Shown: in pieces, positions 13,365 through 25,099 of the stretch
Position numbering within the stretch: the first letter of the stretch is position 1
Layout: each line of letters begins with the position of its first letter
NCBI GenBank assembly: GCA_026770705.1
Contig: JANJGN010000035.1
Location: forward strand, 2,604,001 to 2,668,000
Direction: 5' to 3'
DNA: 64,000 nucleotides
Origin: Isurus oxyrinchus
Taxonomy: Eukaryota
Position numbers and translations under genes: made by a program
The notes under the pieces: model-generated
Seen by the model: the letters and a program-made list of their open reading frames with translations, nothing else
Databases searched by the model: none
Told to the model about the DNA's origin: nothing

Positions 13365-14760
13365 AATGCAGAATTCCACAGATGAGCGCAGCTCTGGGAG
13401 ACAAAAAAAAAACATCATCTCCTCTTAAAAAGGAGACCTCTCATTTTTGAACTGTGCCCCTAATTCTAACCTCAACCTGATCAAGTCCCCTTGAGATCAC
13501 ATATGATTCAATAAGATCACCTCGTTTTCTTCTAAACTACAATGGGTGCAGGCCCAAATTGTCATCATCATATAAAGCCTTCCTCCTAGCAATTAATTGA
13601 GTGGAATATCTCTGAAATGCTTCTTATGCATTTTTTACGACATGGCTGATGATATGTGCCAGTTGGGCCAAATACACAAGGGAAACTTGGCCGCTCTACG
13701 ACAACGGTTTTGGCAATTTGTTATTATTACGAGAGGACTTTTGCAATGAACTCAGAGGAATTGATTCCAAAAACAACTTTAGATATTTAAAATTAAGTTA
13801 AAACATTTATTAACTAAAGGAACAAAACAAAACAATAAAGGCACAGAAGATTAAAGTCACACTGATAGCTAGTATTAACATTTCTCAAAATTCTTAAACA
13901 GGTTGCCAACTCCACTCCCCCTATAAGGCAAAGGTGCAAGATAGGTCTGCAAATACAAAATCAGCTGAGCACACGAACAACTAGACTGTGGATTCCCAAA
14001 GTCTTGTAACCCAACATTTTTGTTACTGGACACAGCAGACTTCTGCTAAAGTGGCTGGAAGCTTGTCCCCAAGGACTGCTTCACACGCAGTTCCTTTCAG
14101 TCTCACACGGCCAACCCCCCCTATCCAGTCTTTCATGCTTCTTCATATATGTTTCTCTCTCTTTCCTCTCTAAATTTCGTCATTCTACAGGTCTTTAGAA
14201 GTTTAATTTTCCCGGTATATAATAATCATTCAAAAGGTCAATATGACCTCTCTCCTTTTGCCCTATTTAGCTTGTAGTTGCAAACAGCCTACTATACCTT
14301 TCAAAACCAACCACGTTTCCACTTAATTTAAAATGCAAATTTATTTCACACCCTACATGCTGCTCTCATCCATGTTTACTCATTAGCATTTCAAATGTCT
14401 TTTTTCCCCTAGCATATTTTGACAAGTTCAACCTTACAGTCTATCTGATTCTGATTTAATTAATTCAGTCACTTAGGTAGAACCAACCACACACATACAT
14501 ACACATAAGGCTAAATAATATTATGAAACATATTATCGTTTTATGACGAATTCATTTTTTTTTCAAAGGGAGGCCAAAACTGGACACAGTATTCCAGATG
14601 TATCCTCACCAAGTACTTGTACAGCTGCAGTAAAACTTCATTACTTTTATATTCCATTATTCCTCAATAAACGTCAACATTCCCTTTGTCTTCCTAAAAC
14701 GTGTTGGACTGGCATACAAACTTTTTTTAGTGATTCATGTACTAGGGTACCACTATCCTT
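13365..14760 (-). mobile_element. CR1 fragment split by an insertion
   Basis: CR1-like sequence at 13365-13632 resumes in register at ~14549-14760 (compare 38060-38220). Confidence 0.7.
13633..14548 (-). mobile_element. Probable solo LTR (Gypsy-type)
   Basis: ~915-bp non-coding insert inside CR1. Its right end (aaataatattatgaaacatattat) resembles the end of the LTR at ~56760-56794. Termini are degenerate. Confidence 0.5.
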
Positions 14761-15499
14761 GTACAGCTATGGTCAGTTGGAGAAATTCTTTCTGCTTGCT
14801 TGGATTCTGGGAGTAAGATATAAAAAAGAAGATATATTTCAACATTGAAATTAGGAAACAATCCCAGACACCAAGGGTGTTTTAACTTCAGAGCTCACTT
14901 CTGTACACAGTAACTGGTCGTCTTAATATAAATCAATGATCGATGGCGTTTTATTGCAAAAAAAAATCATTAATGTGCATACACGACTTGGTTCACAATT
15001 GGCCACGATATCTCTGAATAACCGAACAGAATCTAGTGACTAAATCGCCTCACCAAAAACAATTTTGGAGAAAAGCGAATAATCTTTCAGCTCAGCACTG
15101 TACAGCCGCCTGAACACAAAACTGAGTTAATCGATTTTAGATCATAATAATCGCCTCCATCCTGTTCACTATTTTTTCCCTTTGTCGGCTTGGTTTGGCC
15201 CCGTTTATTCAATTATTCCTTCATGTTGTCTTCAGGCGGCTGCTATGCAAGCATTCATAACCTCTCTTAGACAAAATGTATTTTACCCTGTATTGCAAGA
15301 GTGCAAGAAGAAACACGTTTTGCTAAAATAACACAGGGCTTTGGTGACAACATAACTTTAATATTGTTTGCAGTTGTGGTCTCCATATTTAAGGAAGGAT
15401 ACAATTCCGTTGGAGGTGACACAGCGAATGTTCACTGATGGGTCCCCGGGGTGAGGGGACTGTCCTATGATCAGAGGCTGAGTAAAATGGTGCAGCATT

Positions 15500-15551
15500 C
15501 CGGCTCTCCCACGTGGTGGTTCCATATGTTACTATCCTGAACCACCAAAGC
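15500..15551 (-). pseudogene. Possible truncated tRNA-Gly(GCC) pseudogene
   Basis: Reverse complement GCTTTGGTGGTTCAG...CCACGTGGGAGAGCCGG versus canonical GCATTGGTGGTTCAG...CCACGCGGGAGGCCCGG. Middle is diverged and the T-arm is replaced by a CR1 fragment. Confidence 0.5.
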
Positions 15552-16032
15552 AGGCGTCCATCATGCTCCCGGCTTAGGTTCTATTGCCATCCGCCCTGAC
15601 ATGAGGTTCAATCTCTCCTCGCACCATAACTGTGCAGATGAGCCATCCCGAGTAGCTCGCAGGGACGGCATAGCTTTATATGAAAAATGTCCGCTTAAGG
15701 AAATATTGGATTGTTCTATAAATTGAACATTTTCGGCAGTCAATAAAATAATTGAGTCACTTACATAAATCCACATAGATATTTCATTGCAGTATTCAGC
15801 ACCAAAATCATTCCACAAAAGGGCTTGTGCCATGTGAAGTCGTGTTATAGGTTACCACCGCAGCCGGAGGAACAATAGGTGGATGGCTTCATTTACTTCC
15901 CTGGTATTATGTGGAGGGAGCAAATCGCTGGAGGGGGAATCAGAGGTCATCAGTGTCCTATATAATTTCCAAATCCTTATTGGAAAGATAGGAATTTTTT
16001 GAAAAGCTCTGCGCAGGAATAATATTCCTGTG

Positions 16033-16121
16033 CACAACCTGTGCACCATCCACGCCAAGCAAGTCAACATCTTTCCCAAAGTCATCCAGTTGGCCGCCGC
16101 AAACGCGAGGAGCGAGTCTAA
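16033..16121 (+). pseudogene. 3' fragment of a replication-dependent histone H3 gene
   Basis: Translates NLCTIHAKQVNIFPKVIQLA(fs)RKREERV* versus H3 [28 protein letters not shown]. Not in the ORF track. Confidence 0.85.
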
Positions 16122-16150
16122 AACACGGCTTCAGCACCACGTGTAACAAC

Positions 16151-16166
16151 GGCTCTTTTCGGAGCT
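16151..16166 (+). promoter_or_regulatory. Histone 3' stem-loop (degenerate)
   Basis: GGCTCTTTTCGGAGCT versus consensus GGCTCTTTTCAGAGCC, 30 nt after the H3 stop and followed by a purine-rich stretch. Confidence 0.8.
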
Positions 16167-16725
16167 TCCAAATGGACAAAGCGAACAGGGCGTGATCTGC
16201 CATTGCTTTTCCCTACCCGCTAAATGATCTTTGCAACTGAGTGATTTGAATAACACCCAGTGCTTTGCTGGGCCATTTCATGGAGACAGATAAGAGCTCT
16301 GTGTCTGGAGTCACATGTTTACCATCCCAAGGTAATTATGACAGATCGATAATCTGTGATCTGTGTCTGATTCCGGCAATGCGGCTGGTCTTTAATTCAT
16401 GGAGTGTGAGTCTGATAGCTGACCTTGAATTCTGAAGCAGCATCTCTGGCACCAGCCAGAACCTCACTTTCCCACAACAAGCATAATAGTAAATTGTTTC
16501 CCCATTCGCGAAATAAATCCTAGTCCCTTCGTACCTATCACTGGAATTTCTGCAACGTAATACCTCACTGAAAGAAAAGCAATCTTCAAAGCTTTGAAAG
16601 CCCGGTGCAGGTCAACGTTCTCATTTCGCACTCTCATAGAGCCCGTAACAGATAAACAATAAAGTTTGCATCAAAGCACTGGGATACAATTCTGAAGTTT
16701 GCTTGGCAGAGCTTGGGTTAGATTG

Positions 16726-16799
16726 GGCGTTGTGATTAAGTTGGTTAAAGCGCCTGTTGAATGAACAAAAGAGAATGCGTTCAAATCTTAGAAGTTCCT
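16726..16799 (+). pseudogene. tRNA-Thr(AGT) pseudogene
   Basis: 74 nt colinear with tRNA-Thr-AGT (ggcgttgtgattaagttggttaaagcgcctgt...gttcaaatcttagaagttcct). Anticodon loop mutated. Confidence 0.8.
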
Positions 16800-17501
16800 T
16801 TATCCGTTTTGTCGATGCATGGCTTTAAATTCAACCAATGACTTTCAGGAAGAGAATTGAGAATTAGCCGCCTATATAATGAAGCCGGACATTACCATCG
16901 TTTCCTCGGGAGGTTCATGCAAAAGGATCATTTCGAAATATTGCGCCGATAACGTTGAGCGAGGATTGGATGATTTATGCAACTGCGCGTTAGGCAAGAA
17001 AGAGCGGGGAAGGTTAAGTGTTGGAATTTCTTCGATGAACCCCTTGGACCGACACATTTATTTCCGCCCCTAACCTTTGTGATTCGCACAATTTAGAACG
17101 AATTTACTCCGAATCAGCTTTGATGTTTTCCGTGAGATGATATCACACGTTCCAACAACAAACGTCATCTGAAATTGTTTATCCACCTGCAAAATCCATC
17201 TCCGTGTCTTTTTAGCTTCCCACTACAATTATAGCTTCCAGGAATCAATGCAATATTCAAAAGTTTAAAGGCCCAGTGCAGATACCTGGGTAAGAACAGC
17301 TGTCACATTACACGCCAGAGCTAAGGAGCGAGTAGTTGCAGCAAGTTAGAGGATTTGTGAAATGAAACCAAAGGGAGGCTGCCGGTCTGTCTGTGAGGGA
17401 AATGCTCTGCATCGGGTGAATTAACAAATAAGGAAATACATAAAAAATTGTTTTGACCTTTGTTAAATAATGAGGACGGATATTGGGAAATGCGGAGTGA
17501 A

Positions 17502-17562
17502 GCCTGGGTAGCTCAGTCGGTAGATGATCTGAGGGCCCAGGTTTCAAGTCCCTGTCTGGGCG
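17502..17562 (+). pseudogene. tRNA-Lys(TTT) pseudogene lacking most of the anticodon arm
   Basis: gcctgggtagctcagtcggtaga and atctgagggcccaggtttcaagtccctgtctgggcg match the two halves of tRNA-Lys-TTT, with a ~12-nt internal deletion. Confidence 0.85.
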
Positions 17563-18489
17563 CTGCCGATTGGCAAAAGGTGCTCGCTCCCCGTCAAACG
17601 GCAAAAAACCAACAATGGTCGCTGAGTTTTTCAAGTAGAGCTGAAGAAACGGGGACCTTTCCTTGATGTGCAAGAAAAGATCCATCCCTTCGAAATTAAG
17701 GCAGCCTCCGTCAATTTTAAGATTTTTTCTGGACTTCCAGGTACTCCGAGTGTGGAAAGTGCTCCTTGACTTTCCTCCTGTTTGGCGCTATCGCTGTAGA
17801 CCTGTGGCGGAAATAAATGATAAAAATCAGCCCGGTTCCTACCGCCGGGTGCAACGGCTTCTCCGTGTTTAAACTAACAATTCATTTTAACTGGTTAGAA
17901 ACCTTGTTTAGATCACAAAGGTAAAAGCAAAACACTGCGGATGTGGGAAATCGGACACAAACACAGAAAATGCTGGATCAGATCGCATTTCATTCTTTAA
18001 TAATCAAGAGAATAGAAAACAGTGAATTCCTGAAAGTAAAAACAACGAGCAAGGAGCGGGGAGAAGGCGGGGGATTGATCGTGGGCCAGCACAGAAAGGA
18101 TGGGCCAAATGGCTCCTCTTCTGCTTTACTCATTCTATGATTGTTCGAATCTAGGATTATGAAACTTGACCTCCAAATGTAAACTACTGAACTCTGGAAT
18201 CCCACTGGTGAATCAAGGCCGCTTCTTTTCCAAGGTCAAAAACTCCTGCTGTTTCCTGTGTGTGGTGTCTGTAAGAAGATGACAACAGGGGCAGCTGTGT
18301 CATGGATTTCCTGGATTCACAAACATTCAAGTATTTCCTGATAGCATATCCGCCTCAATTCCGCATTCCTGAAAATTCTCAGTTCACACTGCCTTACTGC
18401 CCTGTAGCAGGTGAAGAATTTCCACCGAGTTTGCAGCAAAATAGAGAGACACGCTTGAAAATATCGCTGCCTGGTGTTGTTTGCATTTT

Positions 18490-18564
18490 TTCACAGTGGT
18501 TTACTGGGTGACATCTTAGATCTAGGAATGGATGAGATCCTGATTTCGAATCACAAAGGCGCTT
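18490..18564 (+). pseudogene. Highly degenerate tRNA-Thr(AGT)-like pseudogene
   Basis: gtggttta...tctag...gagatcctgatttcgaatcacaaaggcgct matches the Thr-AGT 3' half GAGATCCTGGGTTCGAATCCCAGCGGTGCCT; TTTT follows. Confidence 0.5.
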
Positions 18565-19499
18565 TTACTTATTTAAAATTAATCAGGCAAAGTGCTGAGC
18601 ATTTTCGAGTCGGTGGAAAGCGTTTGGAATGATGTGTGAATATAAAGAAGCACAGCAGGATCGAAATTTCCTTATATGCGAACGTGCACCGTTGTCGTTA
18701 AGTATCGCTTCCTCTTCACTTCAACCAAATGAACCAGTGGGTTTGCCGGTTTACGCAAATGAGAACTACTTTGGGGTAAGTGCAGACGTTTTGTAGGAAA
18801 TCCCATTTTCTTTTCATCTTTGATCTGGATCCCAACACACACTTTCACAAAGAGGATCAATCTTCGAAAATTTCGAGGGATTTGAGAAGTAATTCTGGCA
18901 CAAAAAACCGTCTTTAAAGACATCTCAATCAATCACAATGCATTTCAATGAATTTTGTTCTCCGCTTTCATTGCACCTGGAAACTGTTCTTGACATGAAT
19001 CTCACTGGAACAGAGGGTGACTGTGCTATCTGCCAACGTGTAGGTGATGCAGTTTGTGCCACTGCAGGACTCTCAACTGGGACTCTCACAAGACCCCAGG
19101 GTAGAATTGCTGCAAGACTTCGAACACGTTGCCAACTTTTTTTTTTCTTTTATTGCTTTGTGGATGTGAGAATCGCTGGTAAGGCGATTTTGGAGCTTCT
19201 TTCTCCAATCAGTGTTTAATTAACCACTACCATTCAGGACTGGATGTGACAGGATTACAGAGCTTAAACCTAACCCATTCGTTATGGGATTAATTCGAAA
19301 GCGATTGTCTGTGAGGACAGGAAACAGAGGTTTCATGGCACAATAACCAAATGGTGTTGTCCTTGCAATAAGATAAACAAGATTTGTAGAAGGCACTATT
19401 TCAGCCTCAGCTGGTGCATCCCGTCTGGTTCTGGCCGCTGATGTTGTGGATGGATGGGAAGATGTAAAGGGTGTTGGAAAGAGGGCAGAAAATATTCAC

Positions 19500-19975
19500 G
19501 AGAGTGTTTCCTGAATGAAGGAACTTCAGTTATGAAGGTAGATTGGAAAATTAGGACTATTTTCCTGAGAGAAAAAAAAAGGCTGAAAGGAGACTTGATG
19601 GAGGGATTGAAAATCAAGAGGGATCTGTACACATTGGATGTGAAGAAAATGTTCCCGTTCCTAAAAGGATCAAGTTCGGGCTGGTGCAGATTTAAAGTAG
19701 TAGTTAAAAATATGAAAAAGTGATACGAGGTAAAAAAAGAAAAATGATTCCTTCTCGCGGGAAGTGGTTAAGGTCTGGAATACAGCGCCTGAGAGTGTGG
19801 CGGAGGGAAAGGGAAAAATCCAAACGGGAGTTAGATTGTTATCTGGAAAGGAAGAACGGTCATGCGGGAAGAAGGCGGGGAATGGCACAAAGTGAATTAC
19901 TCAGTCAGAGAAATGGTGCAGACAACATTCGTCGAATGACCCCTCCTGCGCTGTAACATTTCTGAGTTTCTGTGA
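19500..19975 (+). mobile_element. Old CR1 3' end
   Basis: EKKRLKGDLMEGLKI motif and a CR1-type 3' UTR. Confidence 0.65.
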
Positions 19976-22377
19976 TTCTGTGGGTATAATAAGGAAACAA
20001 AAGATGCGTCCAGATGATGTTGTGAATGGCAGCACAGCAAACACCCGAATGTAACATGGAGCATAAGGAAAGAAATGTGACAAACCAAACCGCAAGAAGA
20101 AAAAGTACACGCTGGAAACAACATGGAGGCAGATTCTAGTGTCTAAATTCGTTGAACTCATTGTTGAGTCCAGAAGGCTGCAGTTGGAAGATGAGGAGTT
20201 CTCCTCGGATGTTTTCTGTTGTTGACGCCATTTAGTCCCAAGAACACATTTAGTGAAGTTGTGCCTGATTGGAGAAGAGCTGCATATGCTCGCCTTTGCC
20301 TCATATTCGTTAATACCCTCTAATAAAACACTATGAATCTCAGATTGAAAATACAACAAGCGATCAAGCATTAGTTTGCTTGTACAGTGGGAGCTCTTAA
20401 GTTCCAGCACCCTTTCTGTGTAGAATTGTTTCTCAATTCCTATTCTGGCTTTAGATTTTTGACTGTGGCCCTTAGTCCGAGATTCCCAGGGAACGCAAAT
20501 AGGTTCTGGCAATGATCTTTTGATTCCCTTGGCATACGGAATTCTTGGATCAAATCAGTGCATGAATCACGAAGGAGAATTCGTTCCAGGGACTGAGCTG
20601 TGTTTTACTGTCCGGAATTGAGGAGCGTGAGGAGAGAGTTCAAGAAGCAAATGGTTTTGCAGAGCAACACAGTTGAAAGATTGGCGACGAGCGAGAGCGA
20701 GGAATATGAATACCGTTCAGGAATTTTTTTCCAAAATGCCTTCAGATAGAAAAGTAATGTAGTACGGAGACTGGAAAACTGAAAGAAAAATTTAAAAAAC
20801 AAAACATTCTGGAAATATTCAGCAGCTCATAGAGCATGTATGGAGACAAAAGTTGAACTGTTCAGGTCGATGACTTTTAATCAAAATGGAAGTAAGATGT
20901 GAATATAACAAGATTTAAACCAGTGGAGTGCGGGAGTAGGTGGCGTGTATATAAGAGAATGTCAATGAGGATGGAGGGCAGGGGGAAAGGTTCCATGGTT
21001 ACAAAAATATATATAATGGCTGTAGGAAAGAAAATAAAAATATGTGTCCATGTGAGGTTATGAATGGCCATTAGCAACGGTCCGAATGTAACATGAAAGA
21101 ATAAAGAAAGATAAGTGACCAAACAATGTTGAAGCAGATGTTCTGATCTAAAATTTTTGAACTCAGTATTCAGTCCAGAATGCTCTATCCTACCCAGTTG
21201 AGGGGCTGTTCCTCGAGCTTTGCTCTTGTTGAGATCCTTTAGTCGATGGAGCACGTTGTTATTCTGAGATCCTGGTTGTTTGGTAACTACCGCTATATGT
21301 TCATTTTCTCTCATATTCCTTTAAAACCTCTTTTAATGAAATTATTTGAATCTCAGATTTAAAATAAAACAATGGGTTAAACAATATTTGCCGTAATCAG
21401 TAGCTCCAGCGTCATTTGTGTGTAGAATTATTTTCTAATTCCCCTGTAAAAATCTCTGGTATTAATTCTTCAACTGTGACCTGGGTCCTAGATTCCCAGT
21501 CAGCGGCAGTAGTTTATGGGGCGATTTTATCCATTCAACGCTACAAACAAAAGTATCGAATCCCTCCTGCAATCATGAAGGACTACGGTAAAGGGACAGT
21601 CAATGAGTTAAATGTAGAGACTGAGCTGCTGTTTAGTCTCGGGAGTTGAAGAAAGTTAGGAGGGATTTCATGAGACAGAGTTACAGGGGAAGAAAATTCT
21701 GAAAAATTGACGAGGAAGAAGAGCGATGGATATGAATGACGTTCAACATCTTGCAAATTTTGATCAATGAAAGACCGAAAGAGAAATCAATCTCTGAGCC
21801 AAGGAGTTGCTGATCCGTGCAGTGACCATAAAATAGATTTGAAATGTGCAGTTTCATGGTTTTTACTGAGGGAGATGTAATGGGACAAGCAAATAAATAA
21901 AAGATGGAGGATGATTAGCAGGACACTAAACAGCTGCCGTCCGGGAACAAGAATTAAATTTTAAAATCTGAAAAAAAAACGGTGGCAGAGATTACAATGT
22001 AAGTCACTCTGTCATGTTACTGTCACTCTTTTCAAGATGCACTTTTGCATTCAGATTATTCATGAATTCTGGCTCATTATTCATTACTAAATTCAGCATG
22101 GCCGGTTCCGCTCGGTTTCAAAGTGTCTTGTTTCAGCAAACTGCTCTGGAATGAGGCTAACCATTCACCGATTTCCCGGATATTCCGATTCAAGCCAGTT
22201 TAGGACAAAAAAACAGTTTTTGTGCTAAAACACATACAGAAATGTAGTCCAACTATTGTTGTGAATAGGCCTTCCTTTCAGGTTTCTCTCACACACCTCT
22301 GAAAACAACCGCTGTTCCTTTATTTGCACGAAATGTTTGCTTTAATTCAACCAATTTCCAATTGCTTCCTTTGTAAT

Positions 22378-22382
22378 AAAAA
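22378..22382 (-). terminator. Pol III terminator (T5) of tRNA-Asp
   Basis: TTTTT on the minus strand, one nt after the tRNA discriminator base. Confidence 0.8.
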
Positions 22383-22383
22383 T

Positions 22384-22455
22384 CTCCTCGTCGGGGAATT
22401 GAACCCCGGTCTCCCGCGTGACAGGCGGGGATACTGACCACTATACTAACGAGGA
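22384..22455 (-). tRNA. tRNA-Asp-GTC: tRNA-Asp(GTC), apparently intact
   Basis: Reverse complement TCCTCGTTAGTATAGTGGTCAGTATCCCCGCCTGTCACGCGGGAGACCGGGGTTCAATTCCCCGACGAGGAG: 72 nt, all stems pair, A and B boxes intact. Confidence 0.96.
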
Positions 22456-22645
22456 ATACATGAAGACCACTCCAAATAAAGGAACCTGAGGTTAGCTTCA
22501 CCCATTAGCAAATGAAATTGAAGAGGTGGTCTGATGTGGGGCTGCAGGAGGTGCCAGCTTCCTTCAGAGATCCCAGAGACAAGGATGGCAGGATACCTTC
22601 CCTGAGTGAAGTCACACTGTCTTAATTCCGATCTGGGCTTCATGG

Positions 22646-22840
22646 AACAAAAGCAAAAATTGCTGGGAAAACTCAGCAGCTCTGACAGTATCTGTAGTGA
22701 GAAAGGCAGAGATAACGTTTGGAGTCCACAGAGTATTGCGGCCTTGAAACGCTAACTCTGCCTTTGTCTCCACAGATGCTGTCAGAGCTGCTGAGTTTTT
22801 CTAGCATTTTTTTTGTTTTAGATTTCCAGAATCCTCAGTA
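22646..22840. mobile_element. ~195-bp palindromic element made of two inverted PLE 3' ends
   Basis: Arms ~22646-22720 and ~22746-22818 are reverse complements (gaaaactcagcagctctgacag / ctgtcagagctgctgagttttt). Flanked by ctgggcttcat and ctggacttaat. Confidence 0.8.
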
Positions 22841-22940
22841 GCCTGGACTTAATTATGCTTAATAACCCATCAATTGACAGAATTATTGAAGAGTACAAAT
22901 TGAGTTGTCCCATGCTCAGTGCAGTTATACCGTGAAGAAT

Positions 22941-22960
22941 TCCTTGTGAGTATAGTGGTT
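22941..22960 (+). pseudogene. 5' fragment of tRNA-Asp
   Basis: tccttgtgagtatagtggtt. Its upstream flank is the inverted homologue of the flank of the tRNA-Asp pseudogene that starts at 34696. Confidence 0.7.
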
Positions 22961-25099
22961 CCATTTCTCAATGAGAAAATGCAGCCGATAGTGAGAGCTG
23001 CGCATGTAAGACTCACAGCACATTTCCAGGAAAGTTGCCAATTTCGGCGATCGCCAGACTTCAGATTTTAATTATTAATTTCAATTTATTTATTTCAGGA
23101 TTTTTGTTTGTCAAAGCTTCCCCATCACTGACTGGTCTGTAATAGGCTGGTTGGTTTTGCCCCCTTTTTTGAATATGGATGGAACATTTTCAATCCTCCA
23201 GTCTTCTGGCACCGATGGATGACTCTCTCTCTCTCTCTCTCACCACCTCGCGATCGCCACTTGCCCTTCTCCGATATATTTTCACAATTGCAGTTTGCGG
23301 TTTTTAATATATTTGATTGTTTTTACACAAAACGATAATTATTCTCGTTTGGGTGAGTCAGATATATGAGAACATTCTCTACAATATGAATACGATCAAT
23401 TATTGTTTATAAAAGTTATGTAGATGAATGTTGCTTACAGTATTCTAAATGCGATTAAATCTGAGGCCGATATCTGTGGCACGAGGGTACAGAACACATT
23501 TGTAGGGTGGGCTGTTGGTAAGCTCCAGTACATTGTTTGTTGTAGAAACTGTTTATTAGAATTTCAGTCTGGCTAGAATTGATTAGAAGACTAGTTTACG
23601 AATGATTGATTAGATTACAAATCCATTGGATTTGCAAGAGAGAGAAATAGAGAAGTTATCCAATTGGCCTAAGGCCTGGTCTCTCTGATTCACTGCTTGT
23701 GAACATGTTCTTGGGAAAGTCGAGGGCGAGTGCAGGATGGTACCTCTCAGTGAGACCTGAGTTCACGTAATGGAGAGAGGTTTCCACAAGTACTCACCCA
23801 CTTTTCACCTTCAGGCCCGCCATCAGTGCCACAATTGCCCTCCAAAAGAACAACAATGCTCCTCATGAAGTGCAGCTTTCCAGGAATTGCAGCTTAAATG
23901 GAGAGAGGAAAGTCACTGGTTACTTTCTCTGGCTACCGAGAGGAATCCAAAGGCTATAAATGCAGCAGACATGTGATGGGGGTGGATGGAGTTGGCGGGA
24001 ATGATCCACATACATTGCATGACATCCAATTGCAGAATCTCTACCAGGTTAAGGGATGTCCAATTCCAAGCTCACAAAACACGGTTTTTAGGTGTCTCAT
24101 ACAACACAGCATAATGTGCAGGGACACAACAATCATACTGAGTAGTGTTGTGTCCTTGTCCAAATTCTCAATTGGACCCACAGTGTCTTGTTCTCTGCAC
24201 GTAGGGCACCATTTTCCTTCGTCAGGGCTTCGATTTCACGCAGAATCTCTCCTAGGCCATAGTGTGCTTGTCCACCTAAAACACCTCTGTGTCTGACAAC
24301 TGGTTATTAAGGAGATTGGTAAAATGGTGGTGGACCTGTGATGCTGGCCCGTCCATGTCCGTTTCCCACCCATGGCTGCTGCCAAATGAAGCTCGGCCTG
24401 ATGTGGCAGTGAATGCAACTGCTGAGGGGCTCTCCTTCTCATTGGACTCATGTGTGACTGTTTTCATTCTGACTGGTGTCGCAATGTTAAACCTCATCCT
24501 CACGTTTCCTTGCCACAAACTCTCTAGATGGCTCACATGACTCCTTTCAGCTGTGACTGTGCGGAGTGGCCGTTTTCAACAATGCTGACCGCTGCTCAGT
24601 GCCACTGGTGGAGGTTGACACAATCCTGATGGGAGGTAGTTCCTCCCCCTCCTCCTCATCCTCCAGCTTGCCAATATCCCTGCACACAGCAGCCAGCTAG
24701 TCTCCAAACTAGGCCTAGGCCATTGACAGTATTTGACTTCTTTTCTGTGGTGAGTAACATCCATTGCCATGTAAGGAAGTGGCAGGAGGAAGCACACTGC
24801 CCTTGGACTTCATTCATCTTCTGTGCGCTCGCTCAGCTGCAGATGAACAGTGTGCTGGGTGAACTTTAGCTTCTTCCTAAAATCTGCAAAATTAATACTG
24901 GAATGTCTCATAAATCAGCCAATTCAAAATGAATAGGCTTAACTAGCAGGAGTCTTTGTTCCTCGCTTATCACAGCTTGTAGTATCTGCCTCTGTAACAG
25001 TGCAATGATCATTGCTTGTGCTGCACTCTGGAGACAAAAACATAAATCATGCATCTGATTTCACAATTGCAGGTGGACAAGTCCATCCTTTGAGCAGAG

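Noticed and set aside
15638-15660. GCTACTCGGGA (minus strand) resembling 7SL RNA
   Set aside because: Short match with no flanking 7SL similarity.
17580-17590. GTGCTCGCT matching the U6 snRNA 5' end
   Set aside because: Only 9 nt match and nothing downstream resembles U6.
19901-20512. 203-aa ORF
   Set aside because: It runs across CR1 and PLE relics, is not preserved in the duplicate copy, and has no recognisable host domain.
23690-24900. Possible PIF/Harbinger relic or host exons
   Set aside because: I could not identify diagnostic motifs, TIRs or consistent splice structure by eye; left unannotated.
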